From assembly GCA_050949045.1 (NCBI GenBank), contig JBMNEZ010000001.1:544001-608000 (forward strand): a stretch of DNA of 64,000 nucleotides, in the 5' to 3' direction. A program made the translations under genes and the position numbers. The notes under the pieces were generated by a model. The model worked only from the letters and a program-made list of their open reading frames with translations, had not been told where the DNA came from and ran no database searches. Shown one piece after another: positions 1 to 8,734 of this stretch. Numbering within the stretch: the first letter of the stretch is position 1; every line of letters starts with the position of its first letter. This stretch comes from Candidatus Izemoplasmatales bacterium (GTDB taxonomy: Bacteria > Bacillota_I > Bacilli_A > Izemoplasmatales > Hujiaoplasmataceae).

Positions 1-12
1 GCACTGGCAGTA

Positions 13-1185
13 TTGCTCGTCCTTGTTCTTTGTTATTCGGTGGCTCCGGTCAGTGCCGAAAACCAGGTCACAATCCACTTTTTCTACAATGAGCTCTGCA
101 CTCATTGCCAAGATGCAAAACTTTATCTCGAGCAGTTGGCTGCGGAAAACCCGAACGTTAGCGTCCAAAGTTATGATGTTGGCAGCGATGAAGACGACAA
201 AAACTTGTTTGAAGAAGTAAAAAAAGTCTTTAAAAAAAGCGCGGCGCTTACGCCATTCATTGTGATTGGCGGCGTTGGACTGGTCGGTTTTTCACCCCAG
301 ATCGAAACCGATATCGAAGAATTGATCAGCCGCTATCAGAACCAGGCTCATGTCGATGTCGTCCAAAAACTGATCGACGGCGAAGCGGTCCTTGAGGAAG
401 ACATCGAGTTTCTACGTTTTTCTCCTGGAGATTATGTTCGCTTGCCGCTCCTCGGCGAGGTGCCGATCGATGGCCTCTCCTTATTGGTAGCGGCAATTAT
501 AATCGGGTTTGTTGACGGTTTCAACCCCTGTGCAATGTGGGTCCTTTTGTTTCTGATTTCATTGCTGATCGGTTTGAAAAACCGGACGAGAATGTGGCTT
601 TTGGGCTTGACGTTTTTGCTTTCGTCGGCACTAGTCTATTTTTTGATTATGACAGCCTGGCTGAATCTGGCTTTGAGCGTTAATGATGTTCTTTGGATCA
701 GGATTGCCGTTGGTATTTTTGCCATTGGCTATGGTTTTTACAATCTCGTGAGACTGCTACCGAGGATCAAAAACAAAGAGATCGGCTGTGAGGTGAACGA
801 TGACAAGGCGCGCAAAAAAATTATGACACGGATCACCCAAGTTGTCGAAAGAAGAAACTTGTTGTTCGCTCTTGTCGGGATGGCGGTTCTTGGAGTCTTA
901 GTGAATCTCGTCGAGCTTGCCTGTTCGACTGGATTGCCGCTGCTCTATGCCCAGATCCTCGCTTACAACGAATTGCCTTCAGCGCTCAACTACGGCTATC
1001 TGCTGATCTATGTTTTCTTCTATATGCTGGATGACTTGGTCATTTTTGTCATCGCTATGGTTACTTTAAACCTGACCGGCATCTCAAACCGCTATCAAAT
1101 ACCTGCGAGACTGATTGGCGCACTAATCATGATCGCCCTCGGGGTGCTGTTGCTCTTTTTCCCAAAAATAATCATGTTTTTATAA
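13..1185 (+). CDS. Glutaredoxin/thioredoxin-like domain fused to a CcdA/DsbD-like multi-pass membrane domain (start probably lies before the window)
   Basis: N-terminal CTHC (CxxC) after a signal-like segment; about 7 hydrophobic helices with DGFNPCA and ELACS cysteine motifs. Confidence 0.7.
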   Translation: MLVLVLCYSVAPVSAENQVTIHFFYNELCTHCQDAKLYLEQLAAENPNVSVQSYDVGSDEDDKNLFEEVKKVFKKSAALTPFIVIGGVGLVGFSPQIETDIEELISRYQNQAHVDVVQKLIDGEAVLEEDIEFLRFSPGDYVRLPLLGEVPIDGLSLLVAAIIIGFVDGFNPCAMWVLLFLISLLIGLKNRTRMWLLGLTFLLSSALVYFLIMTAWLNLALSVNDVLWIRIAVGIFAIGYGFYNLVRLLPRIKNKEIGCEVNDDKARKKIMTRITQVVERRNLLFALVGMAVLGVLVNLVELACSTGLPLLYAQILAYNELPSALNYGYLLIYVFFYMLDDLVIFVIAMVTLNLTGISNRYQIPARLIGALIMIALGVLLLFFPKIIMFL

Positions 1186-1204
1186 GGAAAAATACACAGA
1201 AATC

Positions 1205-1226
1205 AGCGCCAAATGGCGCTATTTTT
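1205..1226 (+). terminator. Intrinsic terminator
   Basis: AGCGCC-aaat-GGCGCT followed by ATTTTT. Confidence 0.65.
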
Positions 1227-1246
1227 ATATGAAAACGTTTTCATAT
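1227..1246. promoter_or_regulatory. Perfect 20-bp palindrome containing a cre/LacI-family-type operator
   Basis: ATATGAAAAC-GTTTTCATAT; core TGAAAACGTTTTCA fits the CcpA cre consensus TGWNANCGNTNWCA. Confidence 0.6.
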
Positions 1247-1252
1247 AGATTA

Positions 1253-1279
1253 TTAGCACTCAAAACTTGACAGTGCTAA
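1253..1279 (+). promoter_or_regulatory. CIRCE element 1 (HrcA operator), overlapping the -35 box
   Basis: TTAGCACTC-aaaacttga-cAGTGCTAA; one mismatch to TTAGCACTC-N9-GAGTGCTAA. Confidence 0.9.
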
Positions 1280-1294
1280 TTTATATGTTATAAT
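1267..1294 (+). promoter_or_regulatory. Sigma-A promoter of hsp20
   Basis: TTGACA (1267-1272), 16 bp spacer, TG-n-TATAAT (1289-1294). Confidence 0.85.
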
Positions 1295-1298
1295 ATAG

Positions 1299-1325
1299 TT
1301 GGCACTCGAGATACGTGAGTGCTAA
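1299..1325 (+). promoter_or_regulatory. CIRCE element 2 (HrcA operator)
   Basis: TTgGCACTC-gagatacgt-GAGTGCTAA; one mismatch to consensus. Confidence 0.9.
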
Positions 1326-1350
1326 TCAATACGATGTAGGAGGTAATTTT

Positions 1351-1782
1351 ATGAATGGTTTAATGAAAAGAAATAGAACCGGCAATCTTTCGATTTTTGA
1401 TGATTTCTTCGATGACTTCTTCGCGCATCCACTTTCAAGACACTCGCAGAACTGCATGCGCACGGACATCAAGGAAGTTGAAAACGGCTATGAACTCGAC
1501 ATTGATGTTCCCGGATATGGCAAGGAAGATATTAAGATCTCCCTTGAGAATGGGTATTTGACTGTCGAAGCAACGAAGGAAAAGGAAACAAAGACTGAGG
1601 AAAAGCAAGGCCATTTCATCCGTAGGGAGCGTTTCCTTGGCAGTGCCGCAAGAAGTTTCTATGTAGGCGATGATATTGCCGAAAAGGACATCAAAGCAAA
1701 TTATGACAAAGGCATTTTGATGCTCTTCATCCCGAAACAAGGAACAAACGTCAAAGAAAAGAAATATATCGAAATCAAGTAA
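1351..1782 (+). CDS. Hsp20/alpha-crystallin small heat-shock protein
   Basis: MRTDIKE..YELDIDVPG, RRER..G...RSF, A.YDKGIL motifs; AGGAGG before ATG 1351; CIRCE-controlled. Confidence 0.95.
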   Translation: MNGLMKRNRTGNLSIFDDFFDDFFAHPLSRHSQNCMRTDIKEVENGYELDIDVPGYGKEDIKISLENGYLTVEATKEKETKTEEKQGHFIRRERFLGSAARSFYVGDDIAEKDIKANYDKGILMLFIPKQGTNVKEKKYIEIK

Positions 1783-1792
1783 GCCAAGATCG

Positions 1793-1815
1793 AGACTCCT
1801 TAGCGGAGTCTTTTT
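1793..1815 (+). terminator. Intrinsic terminator
   Basis: AGACTCC-ttagc-GGAGTCT then T run. Confidence 0.8.
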
Positions 1816-2136
1816 CTTATTTTGTTTCGATCTAACAAGTTGATTATGAACGGCAAATATGATACCTTAGTGCTTGATGGATTGCGTGCTACTGACGAGT
1901 AAATGATGATGGACCGAAGCCGGATGGCTTGTGGTTTTTCTTGACACTTCCACATAGAAAATCGCTGATAAGCATCAAGTCATCAACTACAGACTAAAAG
2001 ACATTATTGTCTCTCTTTTTCGGTCAATGTGCGGGAACGACAAATCATAGAGAGAGTGTGGCAGAAGGAAAGTGAAAAGCTGCTCAATTCTCTAATTAAA
2101 CTTAATCTTAAATATATTTATTATAGAAGGAAGGCA

Positions 2137-3915
2137 ATGACTATAATGCCAAGACAACAGATCTTTTCCGAAGGTGTTTTTGCGGTGCCCGCGGTGTGGC
2201 GCGTGCAGATTCCCAATGATCTCATTGATCTCAAAGATGTGATACTCGATCAGTTCATGTCGGTTGAAACCATAAAAGACGAAGCGAATCTTGTGTTTGT
2301 CAAAGATGATTGTTTGGCTTCGGAAGCATACAGAATCGTCGTTTCCTTGTCAAAAATCACAATTACATACGGTGACTATCGAGGAGCTGTCTGGGCTTTG
2401 TCCACCGTCATCGCCCTCAGCAGAAACGGTGTTATCCGCCAACAGACAATCGTTGACCATCCCGACTTTCCCTTCCGCGGATATCTTCTTGATATCAGTC
2501 GCGACAAACTGCCATCGCTTTCGACCCTCAAGGAATTGATCGACAAGTTGATGCTCGTCAAGATCAATCACTTGCAACTATATGTCGAAGGATTTGTGCT
2601 TAAACTTCCGTCCTTTCCCGATCTTCCTTATGACGACCCTCTGACTTTACCCGAGTTTCTTGACCTTCAGGAGTATGCCAAGAAACGTGGTATTGATCTA
2701 GCTCCAAACATCAACACCTTCGGTCATATGACCAAGTGGCTTGCCTTGGAGCGGTATCGTGATCTTGCGGAGTCTCCCGAAGGCTTCTTTTTAGAGGGCT
2801 ATCCCTTTCCTCCATCGACGCTAAATCCCCTTGATGAGAGAAGTCAAACGCTCGCAAAAGCGATTTGCATGGATCTGCTTTCAGTATCAAAGAGCCCTTT
2901 TTTCAACTTGAACGGAGATGAGCCCTTTGAACTTGGTACTGGTAAAAGTAAAACAGCTTGTCAAAATGAGTCCCGAGGCAAGATCTATCTCAGGCATATG
3001 CGTCCTCTGATCGAAGCGGTCAAACAGAAAGCAAGGCCGATGATCTTCGGAGATGTAATCCGTAATGAACCTGAGGCAATAACCGGACTTCCTGATGGAA
3101 CGGTAGTGATCGATTGGGGCTATGATCGCGATTATGACTTCAGCCTGCTTTCGCAAAAACTACAGGGTAAACACGATTTCATCCTCGCTCCGGGGACATC
3201 GTCTTGGAACAGTTTCATCGGTAGATTCAAAGATATGAAGTCATCAATTGACAATGCCAGAACCAATGCTTTAAACTACGGCGCCATCGGTATGCTTTTG
3301 ACCGACTGGGGTGATTTTTCGCACCCGCAGCCGCTCGTTGTCTCCTATCCGGCAATCGCCTACTTCGCCAATACCGCCTGGTCGGGAGCGACAAATATGT
3401 CCACAGCGCTTTTTGAGGCAGATTCGCTGTTGTTCGACGAACAAGAGGACTTTGCGGATATCGTCACCCAAATGGCTGGTTATGGCGATATCGAGCCAAT
3501 GTATCTCCATAACCGGACGATTGCATTCGCCAGTTGGATGTATGTCGACAAGGACAAAGACCATCCGCTCGGATTCAAGCACGCGATTTGGTCGGAAGCA
3601 CTTAGAAGACTGTCAATCGGCGAGGATAGGGCACAAAGGATCCTCGACTTATCTGAGCGCTCGCTCGCAAGACTGACAGGCGCTTCACTCGAAGCCAGAG
3701 AAATCCGCCAGGCCATCAGATTGGTAAAAGCAGGAGTCCTCTTGAACAGGATCGTTGCCGGCGAATCACGGCATGTCAACGAAGCTAAAGCGATCCTTGA
3801 AAATGTCGATAAGGAATACGCTAGACTCTGGCTGAGCAGGAACCGTTCCTGCGGTCTGGAATCGAGCCAATATACCGTCGAATTGTTGCGGTCGTTCTTA
3901 GACAATTATTATTAG
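2137..3915 (+). CDS. Glycoside hydrolase family 20 (beta-N-acetylhexosaminidase-like), no signal peptide
   Basis: DHPDFPFRGYLLDISR, KINHLQLY, NTFGH, catalytic NGDE, TDWGD motifs; start chosen at ATG 2137 after GAAGGAAGG. Confidence 0.88.
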   Translation: MTIMPRQQIFSEGVFAVPAVWRVQIPNDLIDLKDVILDQFMSVETIKDEANLVFVKDDCLASEAYRIVVSLSKITITYGDYRGAVWALSTVIALSRNGVIRQQTIVDHPDFPFRGYLLDISRDKLPSLSTLKELIDKLMLVKINHLQLYVEGFVLKLPSFPDLPYDDPLTLPEFLDLQEYAKKRGIDLAPNINTFGHMTKWLALERYRDLAESPEGFFLEGYPFPPSTLNPLDERSQTLAKAICMDLLSVSKSPFFNLNGDEPFELGTGKSKTACQNESRGKIYLRHMRPLIEAVKQKARPMIFGDVIRNEPEAITGLPDGTVVIDWGYDRDYDFSLLSQKLQGKHDFILAPGTSSWNSFIGRFKDMKSSIDNARTNALNYGAIGMLLTDWGDFSHPQPLVVSYPAIAYFANTAWSGATNMSTALFEADSLLFDEQEDFADIVTQMAGYGDIEPMYLHNRTIAFASWMYVDKDKDHPLGFKHAIWSEALRRLSIGEDRAQRILDLSERSLARLTGASLEAREIRQAIRLVKAGVLLNRIVAGESRHVNEAKAILENVDKEYARLWLSRNRSCGLESSQYTVELLRSFLDNYY

Positions 3916-3939
3916 GTGTGATATAATTCTTGCTGAGGC

Positions 3940-4905
3940 GTGATGAAGATGAGTGAAAACAACCTTCTCGAAACAGCAATTAGAGAATACGAGACCAGGC
4001 ATTACCAGAAGTCTTATCCAATTTTTCGCAAGCTGGCTAAGAAAAACATAAAGGAAGCGCTATACTATCTGGGCCTGCATCATTTCTATGGCCGCGGTGT
4101 CCAAAAAAATGAAGCCGAGGCCTTTTCACTGTTCTCAAAAGCGGCGATTGAACTGCACGCGGGAGCGACTCAGATGCTCGGGAAATGCTACGAAGAAGGT
4201 AAAGGAGTAGCCAAAAATTTGAAACAAGCATACGAATACTATGTCGCAGCCAGCCATCAGGGCAATCAAGATGCCTCTTTGAAACTAGCAGAATTTTATG
4301 AAAAAGGCATCGTGGTCGAGCAAAGTTTTCCTAAAGCCCTTGAGTATTATGTTGACCTTGCAAAATATGACAATGCCTATGCCATGTATCGGATCGGCAA
4401 AGCCTATTTCCTTGGTCAGGGTTTGAAGAAGAACCTTGAAGCTTCACATTCTTGGTTCAACAAAGCCTTAAGTAAGGGGTCGGTCGACGCGATGAACTAT
4501 TTTCGGCTGATCGGCACCAAGAGTGCCAGAGATATCCGGGAGACACAATCATTGTATACGATTGCGAAGGACTACTATCAATCGGATGAGCCTGAGAACG
4601 CGATCATTTATTTTGAGATTGCGGCCAGGGAAGGCATCAACGAAGCTTATCGCGACCTTTCAGAAGCCTACAAGGAAGGTCGCGGTGTCGAGATGTCGCC
4701 GATCAAAGCGTTCGAGAATATGCTCAAAGGCGCTGAAAAGGGCGACCAACAGGCGATGATCGCCGTCGCGAAAAAGTACGAAGCCGGCGACGGTGTTGAA
4801 TCATCCTATATTAAGGCTGAAAAGTGGTATTTGGAGGCGGCCAAGAATGGCAACGCCACAGCCAAAGCCGAATTGTTGTCTCTAAGGGGGTATCCATATG
4901 AATAA
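3940..4905 (+). CDS. Sel1-like repeat (SLR) protein
   Basis: Repeated LG..Y..G.GV.KN..A..WY..AA units. Confidence 0.9.
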   Translation: MMKMSENNLLETAIREYETRHYQKSYPIFRKLAKKNIKEALYYLGLHHFYGRGVQKNEAEAFSLFSKAAIELHAGATQMLGKCYEEGKGVAKNLKQAYEYYVAASHQGNQDASLKLAEFYEKGIVVEQSFPKALEYYVDLAKYDNAYAMYRIGKAYFLGQGLKKNLEASHSWFNKALSKGSVDAMNYFRLIGTKSARDIRETQSLYTIAKDYYQSDEPENAIIYFEIAAREGINEAYRDLSEAYKEGRGVEMSPIKAFENMLKGAEKGDQQAMIAVAKKYEAGDGVESSYIKAEKWYLEAAKNGNATAKAELLSLRGYPYE

Positions 4906-6607
4906 TCAGATGACTCCCAAAGCCTTGAACGAACTAGGCGACAAGTATTTTTATGGACAGAACACATCTGCAAACATTGAGTTAGCCTACACATACTATA
5001 AGCAAGCAGCCGACCAGGGAAACCCTGTCGGTTTATATAATGTCGGAAAATACTTCCAAGAAAAGAAAGATTACAAGAGTGCCGTCGACTTTTACCAAAA
5101 AGCGCTCGCAAGCGGCTATGCGAAAGCCTATCTGACGCTTGCGGATATGGCGATGAACGGACTCGGGATCCGCAAGAGCAAGAAGAAGGCTTTCAAGTAT
5201 ACCCTTGAAGGTGCCAATCTCGGCGACACGGATGCTTATAACCAGCTGGCCAGCTACTATCACCGGGCCATCGGCTGTAAGCGCGATGACAAGAAGGTCT
5301 GGGAATACTATCAGAAATCCGCCGATAGGGGCAATCCCGAAGGCATGTACAATCTCGCGCTTTTAATCCTTGATACAACCAAAGGCAAAAAAGACCCGCA
5401 ACCGGCGATCCAGTGGCTCGACAAAGCAGCTCTGTCTGGACATAGGCAAGCAATCATCAAAGCCAGGGAACTTTACCAGAAACCCCATCCCGCCTTCAAG
5501 AAACGTTCACAGATGTCGCTAGCGGAACTCGCTTTCCATTACGAGGAAATGCTCGCCAGTAGCGGTGATGAGCCTGCTCTTGTCAAGGTTTCCCAAGTAT
5601 ACTTTGAAGGAACTCCCGTAACCAAAAGGAACGCTGAGAAAGCCGTCAAGTATTTCAAGATGCTCGTTCAGATCGATAATTCGATTGGCCACTATGGCTA
5701 CGGAAGTTGTCTTGTCAATGGCTTCGGGATCGCGACTGATTACCAGAAAGGTCTAAAGCATCTAGAAATCGCCGCCAATCGCGGGAACGAACTCGCAATG
5801 GGGCGGCTTGGCGACCTCTATCGTCTCGGCCAAGGAGTCAAAGCCGATCCCGAAACCGCCAAGAAGTGGTATTATGATGCCGCCAAACATAACAATCACG
5901 ATGCCTTGCTTAACCTTGCTCTATTACACTATCGGGGCGAGATCATGAATCCAAGTGCGGAACTGGCTTACCAATATCTTGACAATGCCCTCAAGAAGGG
6001 CAGTAGCCAGGCCTATTACTGGATGGGCGTCTTTCTTGAAAAAGGGATTGGGTGTCCCAAAAACCTGATTGAGGCGCAAAAGGCTTTCCAAAAAGCTATT
6101 TCACTCAATATTCCGGGCGCATCTTACAAATATGGATGTCTACTCTATGAACAAGGACTGGCAAGCAAGAACAGGCGTAAGGCCAGAAACTTGTTTATCC
6201 AGGCAAAAGATCACCTGATCACTTATGTCACACAGCCGCAACCAAACCAGGTTAACGCGGGTTATGCATGTTACTGTTTGGCCACCATTTTCAAAGCAGG
6301 CCAGGGCACAGAGCCTTCACAAAGAACGATGCGCTACTGGCTCGAAGTCTCAGCCAGCTTTGGTTATCCAAAGGCGTTCGTCGATCTTTACCGAGCACTC
6401 AAACCAACTGAGTTCAATCTTGCCCTCAAATATTTGAAAAGGGGCGTTGAGATTGGGAAGAATGCCGAGGCGATTTACGAATTGGGGCTTCTCTATCAGA
6501 GTGGTTTCCTTTCAATCGAGAAAGACAGCAATCTGGCTACCAAATATTTCGAGCAAGCTGCCAAACTGAATTACAAGCCAGCGCTTGACCGGCTGATGAT
6601 GTCATAG
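4898..6607 (+). CDS. Sel1-like repeat (SLR) protein
   Basis: More than ten Sel1-type units; 8-nt overlap with the upstream SLR gene. Confidence 0.9.
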   Translation: MNNQMTPKALNELGDKYFYGQNTSANIELAYTYYKQAADQGNPVGLYNVGKYFQEKKDYKSAVDFYQKALASGYAKAYLTLADMAMNGLGIRKSKKKAFKYTLEGANLGDTDAYNQLASYYHRAIGCKRDDKKVWEYYQKSADRGNPEGMYNLALLILDTTKGKKDPQPAIQWLDKAALSGHRQAIIKARELYQKPHPAFKKRSQMSLAELAFHYEEMLASSGDEPALVKVSQVYFEGTPVTKRNAEKAVKYFKMLVQIDNSIGHYGYGSCLVNGFGIATDYQKGLKHLEIAANRGNELAMGRLGDLYRLGQGVKADPETAKKWYYDAAKHNNHDALLNLALLHYRGEIMNPSAELAYQYLDNALKKGSSQAYYWMGVFLEKGIGCPKNLIEAQKAFQKAISLNIPGASYKYGCLLYEQGLASKNRRKARNLFIQAKDHLITYVTQPQPNQVNAGYACYCLATIFKAGQGTEPSQRTMRYWLEVSASFGYPKAFVDLYRALKPTEFNLALKYLKRGVEIGKNAEAIYELGLLYQSGFLSIEKDSNLATKYFEQAAKLNYKPALDRLMMS

Positions 6608-6615
6608 GAGGAAAT

Positions 6616-7167
6616 ATGAGAATTCTGTTACATATCTGTTGTGCTCCTTGCAGCGTCATGTGCATCAAGACGCTTCAGGATGCCGGACATAAAATCGTTG
6701 GTTACTGGTATAATCCAAACATCCACCCGGCCACGGAATATCTTGCTAGGCGCGATCAGATGATAGCCTATGCTCAGGCAATCGGCTTGGAACTCGTGGT
6801 TGACGACTTTTATGGACTAGAGCCGTTTTTGAAGAATGTGATCGATGATATCGACAACCGTTGTGAGTATTGTTACCGGGAGCGTTTACAGCACACGGCG
6901 AAGAAAGCGAAAGCATTGGGTTTGGATGCCTTCACATCGACATTGTTCATCTCTCCCTATCAAAGGCATGAACTGTTGAGGAAACAGGCCGAGCTTGTCG
7001 CTCTCGAGGAAGAGATTTGTTTCCATTATGTCGATTTCCGTCCTTACTATCGCGAAGGGCGGGAGTATGCCCGCAAACAAAATTTCTACCTGCAGAAATA
7101 CTGCGGTTGCGTTTTCAGTGAACAGGACCGCTATCAAAAGAAACTTTCGCAAAAACCCTGGGGATGA
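6616..7167 (+). CDS. queH: Epoxyqueuosine reductase QueH (DUF208)
   Basis: HICCAPCS, YNPNIHP..EY, RCEYCY, QKYCGCVFS. Confidence 0.92.
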   Translation: MRILLHICCAPCSVMCIKTLQDAGHKIVGYWYNPNIHPATEYLARRDQMIAYAQAIGLELVVDDFYGLEPFLKNVIDDIDNRCEYCYRERLQHTAKKAKALGLDAFTSTLFISPYQRHELLRKQAELVALEEEICFHYVDFRPYYREGREYARKQNFYLQKYCGCVFSEQDRYQKKLSQKPWG

Positions 7168-7182
7168 TTTCCCGGTTTTTTT
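7151..7182 (+). terminator. Intrinsic terminator overlapping the queH 3' end
   Basis: AAAAACC/GGGA...TCCC/GGTTTTTTT. Confidence 0.55.
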
Positions 7183-7250
7183 GTTGGTTTATTGCATAAT
7201 CGCGTGTGATTAAGTAGAATTATGGCAGATAGATAGAAAGGAGAAAGCAT

Positions 7251-8057
7251 ATGCAACTTGCCATAACTGACGTCTCACTGGTCAAGGAATGCTGGTGGAT
7301 GTATCTCCTCGGCGCGCTCGTGACTCTCTTCATCGCCGGTGGGGCAGTCTATTTCGCAGTGATCGGTTTTCGCCAAGCTAAAAAACTCGGAATGCCCAAG
7401 GAAACACTTAAGAAAACTGTAATCAGTTCGCTCAGTTTCTCGATTTTGCCGTCAATCGGCATCTTCATCGGCGTGATCACGATGGCTGGCCTTTTGGGGA
7501 TCCCTCTGCCTTGGATCCGATTGTCGGTAGTCGGAGCGCTTCACTACGAATTGATGGCCGTGTCCGTGGCTTCCGAGGGAATCACCGCTCTGACAATGAC
7601 AACGCAGGATTATGTGACGATCGCCTTCGCGATGACGATTTCCATCATGTGGGGCGGTATCTTTGCACTCATCTTTTTCAAAAAATATCAGACAAAAGTC
7701 TTGAACAAGGTCGTTTCGGGAAACGAGCGGAGTTTTGGAAAACTCCTGTTTGACGCTGTCTTTATCGGCATGATCTCAGCCTATCTCGGCGATGCTTTTG
7801 CCAAGATTTTCCGCTACGACACCAAAATCGTCGTTGATGGGGCCTATGTCGTCGATGAAATGGGTAACTATGTGCTTGAAGACAACAAGACATTTGTCCC
7901 GCTCATCGTTTTCTTATCATCGATGCTCTTCATGGGCCTTTTAGACTTGTTGGTAAAAAAAGGCAAACAGAAATGGCTGGAGAACTTCCAACTCGCGCTT
8001 TCGATGCTTCTCGGGATGATGGTCGCGGTGTTGCTGGGATTAGGAGGAATCTACTGA
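7251..8057 (+). CDS. DUF5058-like multi-pass membrane protein
   Basis: LGIPLPWIRLSVVGALHYEL motif, about 7 hydrophobic helices, C-terminal SMLLGM. Confidence 0.7.
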   Translation: MQLAITDVSLVKECWWMYLLGALVTLFIAGGAVYFAVIGFRQAKKLGMPKETLKKTVISSLSFSILPSIGIFIGVITMAGLLGIPLPWIRLSVVGALHYELMAVSVASEGITALTMTTQDYVTIAFAMTISIMWGGIFALIFFKKYQTKVLNKVVSGNERSFGKLLFDAVFIGMISAYLGDAFAKIFRYDTKIVVDGAYVVDEMGNYVLEDNKTFVPLIVFLSSMLFMGLLDLLVKKGKQKWLENFQLALSMLLGMMVAVLLGLGGIY

Positions 8058-8725
8058 TGAAGAAGGAGAACATGAATGATAATGACCTGATGCATCGCCG
8101 CGGACGGATCTTCATGGTAATGGGTTTGTCGGTGATGCTTATGGTGCCGATTACGATTTGGATTGTTACCGGGGTTGGCCCTGATGGCAAGAGGATGGCC
8201 ATGGCCATCCTCGGGCTTTCACTCCTTTTTCTTCCCGGAGGCATCGTCGAAGTCATCACTTATGCGCCTTTTCTCGGTACCGGTGGGACTTATCTTGCTT
8301 TCATCACCGGCAATCTCATCAATCTAAAAATCCCGTGCGTCATTAATGCGGGCGAACTGGCAAAGACGTCGATCGGAACCCCGGAAAACGATGTTGTTGC
8401 CTTGATTTCGGTTGCCGTTTCAACCTTGACGACCGTCTCGATCATGACCATGGGCGTGATTCTATTGATACCGCTCAGGCCGATCCTTGAGGCGCCGGTG
8501 CTTCAGCCTGCTTTCAACTGGGTCGTTAGTGCGCTCTTCGGAGCGCTCGGATACAAGTATTTTCTTCGTAATCCCAAGTTAGCGATCGCGCCGGTTTTCT
8601 TCTCGCTGATCCTTGGCTTTTTCTTTCCTGCGTTTGTCTACGGCAATATTGTGATCGTTGTTGTGATCATGGCGATCATCTCGGTCTTGTTCGCAAAATT
8701 CTATTACGACCGCAAGTGGGTTTAG
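8057..8725 (+). CDS. Multi-pass membrane protein, probable partner of the DUF5058 protein
   Basis: EVITYAPFLG..GTYLAFITGN..NLKIPC motif; TGATG overlap with upstream stop; AGGAGG at 8042. Confidence 0.7.
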   Translation: MKKENMNDNDLMHRRGRIFMVMGLSVMLMVPITIWIVTGVGPDGKRMAMAILGLSLLFLPGGIVEVITYAPFLGTGGTYLAFITGNLINLKIPCVINAGELAKTSIGTPENDVVALISVAVSTLTTVSIMTMGVILLIPLRPILEAPVLQPAFNWVVSALFGALGYKYFLRNPKLAIAPVFFSLILGFFFPAFVYGNIVIVVVIMAIISVLFAKFYYDRKWV

Positions 8726-8734
8726 GAAGGTGAA

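Noticed and set aside
1890..1920. CTGACGAG...CGAA resembling a hammerhead ribozyme core
   Set aside because: No GAAA after stem II and no convincing stems I/III
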